Assembly (NCBI GenBank): GCA_034520565.1 | Contig: JAXHNL010000002.1 | Span: 736,001-800,000, forward strand | Source: Halodesulfurarchaeum sp. | GTDB lineage: Archaea > Halobacteriota > Halobacteria > Halobacteriales > Halobacteriaceae | DNA: 64,000 bases | Direction of reading: 5' to 3' | In this document: positions 62,603-64,000 of the stretch, one piece after another | Position numbering within the stretch: the stretch's first letter is position 1 | Layout: every line of letters begins with the position of its first letter | Notes under the pieces: model-generated | What the model saw: the letters and a program-made list of their open reading frames with translations, nothing else | The model's database searches: none | What the model was told of the DNA's origin: nothing | Position numbers and translations under genes: made by a program

Positions 62603-62773
62603 CTAGACCGTCTCGATCTCTGCCTTGACCGCCTCGACCGTCTCGGTGTCGAGGGTCAGGTCGGGATGTGCGTCCTGAACGTGCGCCTCGACTTCGGCCA
62701 TGACTTCCTCTTCGGTTTCGCCTTCACAGACACCGTGACAGCCGTCGACGATGCATTCCACGTGTTGGGACAT
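62603..62773 (-). CDS. DUF1059-family small metal-binding protein
   Basis: C...GC....GETEEEV.....H...AH pattern. Confidence 0.8.
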   Translation of the reverse strand: MSQHVECIVDGCHGVCEGETEEEVMAEVEAHVQDAHPDLTLDTETVEAVKAEIETV

Positions 62774-62910
62774 TGCATTCGATATCAGGGGTGGCCCATA
62801 CATACGAACAGGGCCCAATTGATTTGGGCCGGCGTTTGCCTGTGCGGGCCAGAACGGCCGATTTTTATCGTTCCCACCCGAGGATCCGGGTATCTCGCCC
62901 GATTCGAGCA

Positions 62911-63630
62911 ATGTCCCCGCCAGATTCCGACGATACCGTCCCGATTCCGCCGCTTTTCGTCTCCCCACGTGCCAAGTGGATCGGCATCGCGGGCCTGCTG
63001 GGACTTCTCGCGCTCGCCGGGGCTGGAATGGTCCTGTTCGATTACTCCGTCGGGACGGTGCTCGATCCGGAGGCGATCCGTGAGACTGTCGAGGCGTTTG
63101 GGATTCTCGCGCCGCTGGCCTTCGTGGCCCTCCAGGTGGCCCAGGTCATAATCGCGCCGATCCCGGGCCAGGTGCTCGCGCTGGCCGGGGGCTACGTCTT
63201 CGGCCCGCTTCTCGGCACCGTGTACAGCCTGATCGGGGCGACCATCGGGAGCGCCATCGCGTTCTGGCTCAGCCGGCATTTCGGCCGCCCCGCGGTCGAG
63301 CGGCTGATTCACCCCGAAACCCTCTCGACCGTCGACGGTTTTCTCGAGGACCACGGGCGTCTCGCCGTCTTTCTCGTCTTCCTGCTTCCCGGCTTGCCCG
63401 ACGACGCCCTCTGCTTCGTCTGTGGACTCACGTCGATCCCGCTCCGGAACCTCGTGGTGCTTTCCTTCCTTGGGCGGATTCCGGGCTACGCACTGTTGGC
63501 GCTTGCAGGCGGCCGGTTCGCGACCCACCGGCCCATCGAAGCGGCGCTGATCCTCGGGTTCGTGAGCGTTGTTGCTTTCCTCGGGTACTGGCAGCGCAAT
63601 CGGATCCTCGCGATTTCGGTCGGTCGATGA
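62911..63630 (+). CDS. TVP38/TMEM64 (DedA/VTT) membrane protein
   Basis: QVIIAPIPGQ, GYVFG...G, LPGLPDD, GRIPG. Confidence 0.9.
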   Translation: MSPPDSDDTVPIPPLFVSPRAKWIGIAGLLGLLALAGAGMVLFDYSVGTVLDPEAIRETVEAFGILAPLAFVALQVAQVIIAPIPGQVLALAGGYVFGPLLGTVYSLIGATIGSAIAFWLSRHFGRPAVERLIHPETLSTVDGFLEDHGRLAVFLVFLLPGLPDDALCFVCGLTSIPLRNLVVLSFLGRIPGYALLALAGGRFATHRPIEAALILGFVSVVAFLGYWQRNRILAISVGR

Positions 63631-63701
63631 TCTCCCCACCGGATGGCCCCTTTCGAGGGATTTGTACCGTTGCCCCTCATAGGGACGTGTAACTGACCAC
63701 T

Positions 63702-64000
63702 ATGGGCGACTACTACGCCGACGAAACTCCCCGACTGCTCGATACGTCCTATCGGGCCGACGAGGAACCGTTCGAAACCCGCACCGACCTCGTGGTGCCC
63801 GAACGCCGACCCATGCGCGAGGAGGTCAGCCTCCTCAACTGCCTCTTTTTCCCTCGCCTGTGGAACTCCGGGGACCGGGTCGGGAACCCGGAGCGGATCG
63901 AACAGTGTCTCTCGAAACTCGGCGACCGCTTCGAAACCGGCATTCGGGCCTACGGCGAGTCCGATCCCGACCCGATCGTGGCCGCGGTTCTCGATCGGAC
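63702..64000 (+). CDS. cysE: N-terminal part of a serine O-acetyltransferase (EpsC-type), truncated by the window edge
   Basis: Open frame MGDYYADE...LFFPRLWN...IVAAVLDR resembles the extended N-terminus of EpsC-type SATs; the catalytic region lies beyond the window. Confidence 0.55.
   Translation, partial: MGDYYADETPRLLDTSYRADEEPFETRTDLVVPERRPMREEVSLLNCLFFPRLWNSGDRVGNPERIEQCLSKLGDRFETGIRAYGESDPDPIVAAVLDR

Overview
High-GC, acidic-proteome DNA from an extremely halophilic archaeon (class Halobacteria). Evidence: archaeal TBP, aIF-1A, thermosome, MC1, EndA and haloarchaeal-type 16S/23S/5S rRNA. FixABCX, FmdE and TauE genes hint at a facultatively anaerobic lineage, but the genus cannot be fixed without a 16S search. 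Most of the window is housekeeping: hisG, tbp, trm-G10, an RFC small-subunit paralog, rnz, fixABCX, tyrS, aIF-1A/rio1/KH/thermosome, ala, leuS, hsp20, pheA, lpdA, a Ski2-like helicase, endA-trpS, pheST, pyrD, MC1, a full rRNA operon with tRNA-Ala, a TAXI-TRAP transporter, tRNA-Cys and the start of cysE. An accessory arsenic/metal island (about 12.0-22.7 kb) holds arsC, a ferredoxin-DUF169 fusion, a ferredoxin, a Cys-decorated M20 amidohydrolase, two paralogous YlbF-like proteins ending in Cys-Cys, ACR3, two ArsR, an ArsP-like permease, a thioredoxin-like protein, CDF, TauE and FmdE. Notable features: a 231-nt 5S rRNA with a ~109-nt expansion segment; the ACR3-linked CC-tail/M20/ferredoxin module; a tRNA-Cys flanked by a perfect 5'-half duplicate and an inverted-plus-direct 3'-end copy, next to a nucleotidyltransferase gene pair; an orphan IS200/IS605-type right end (omegaRNA-like); and clusters of hairpins capped by C(GNA)G triloops. 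Several genes, including essential ones (trpS, pheT), carry small indels, so the assembly very probably contains long-read errors. Frameshifts should be read with that in mind.
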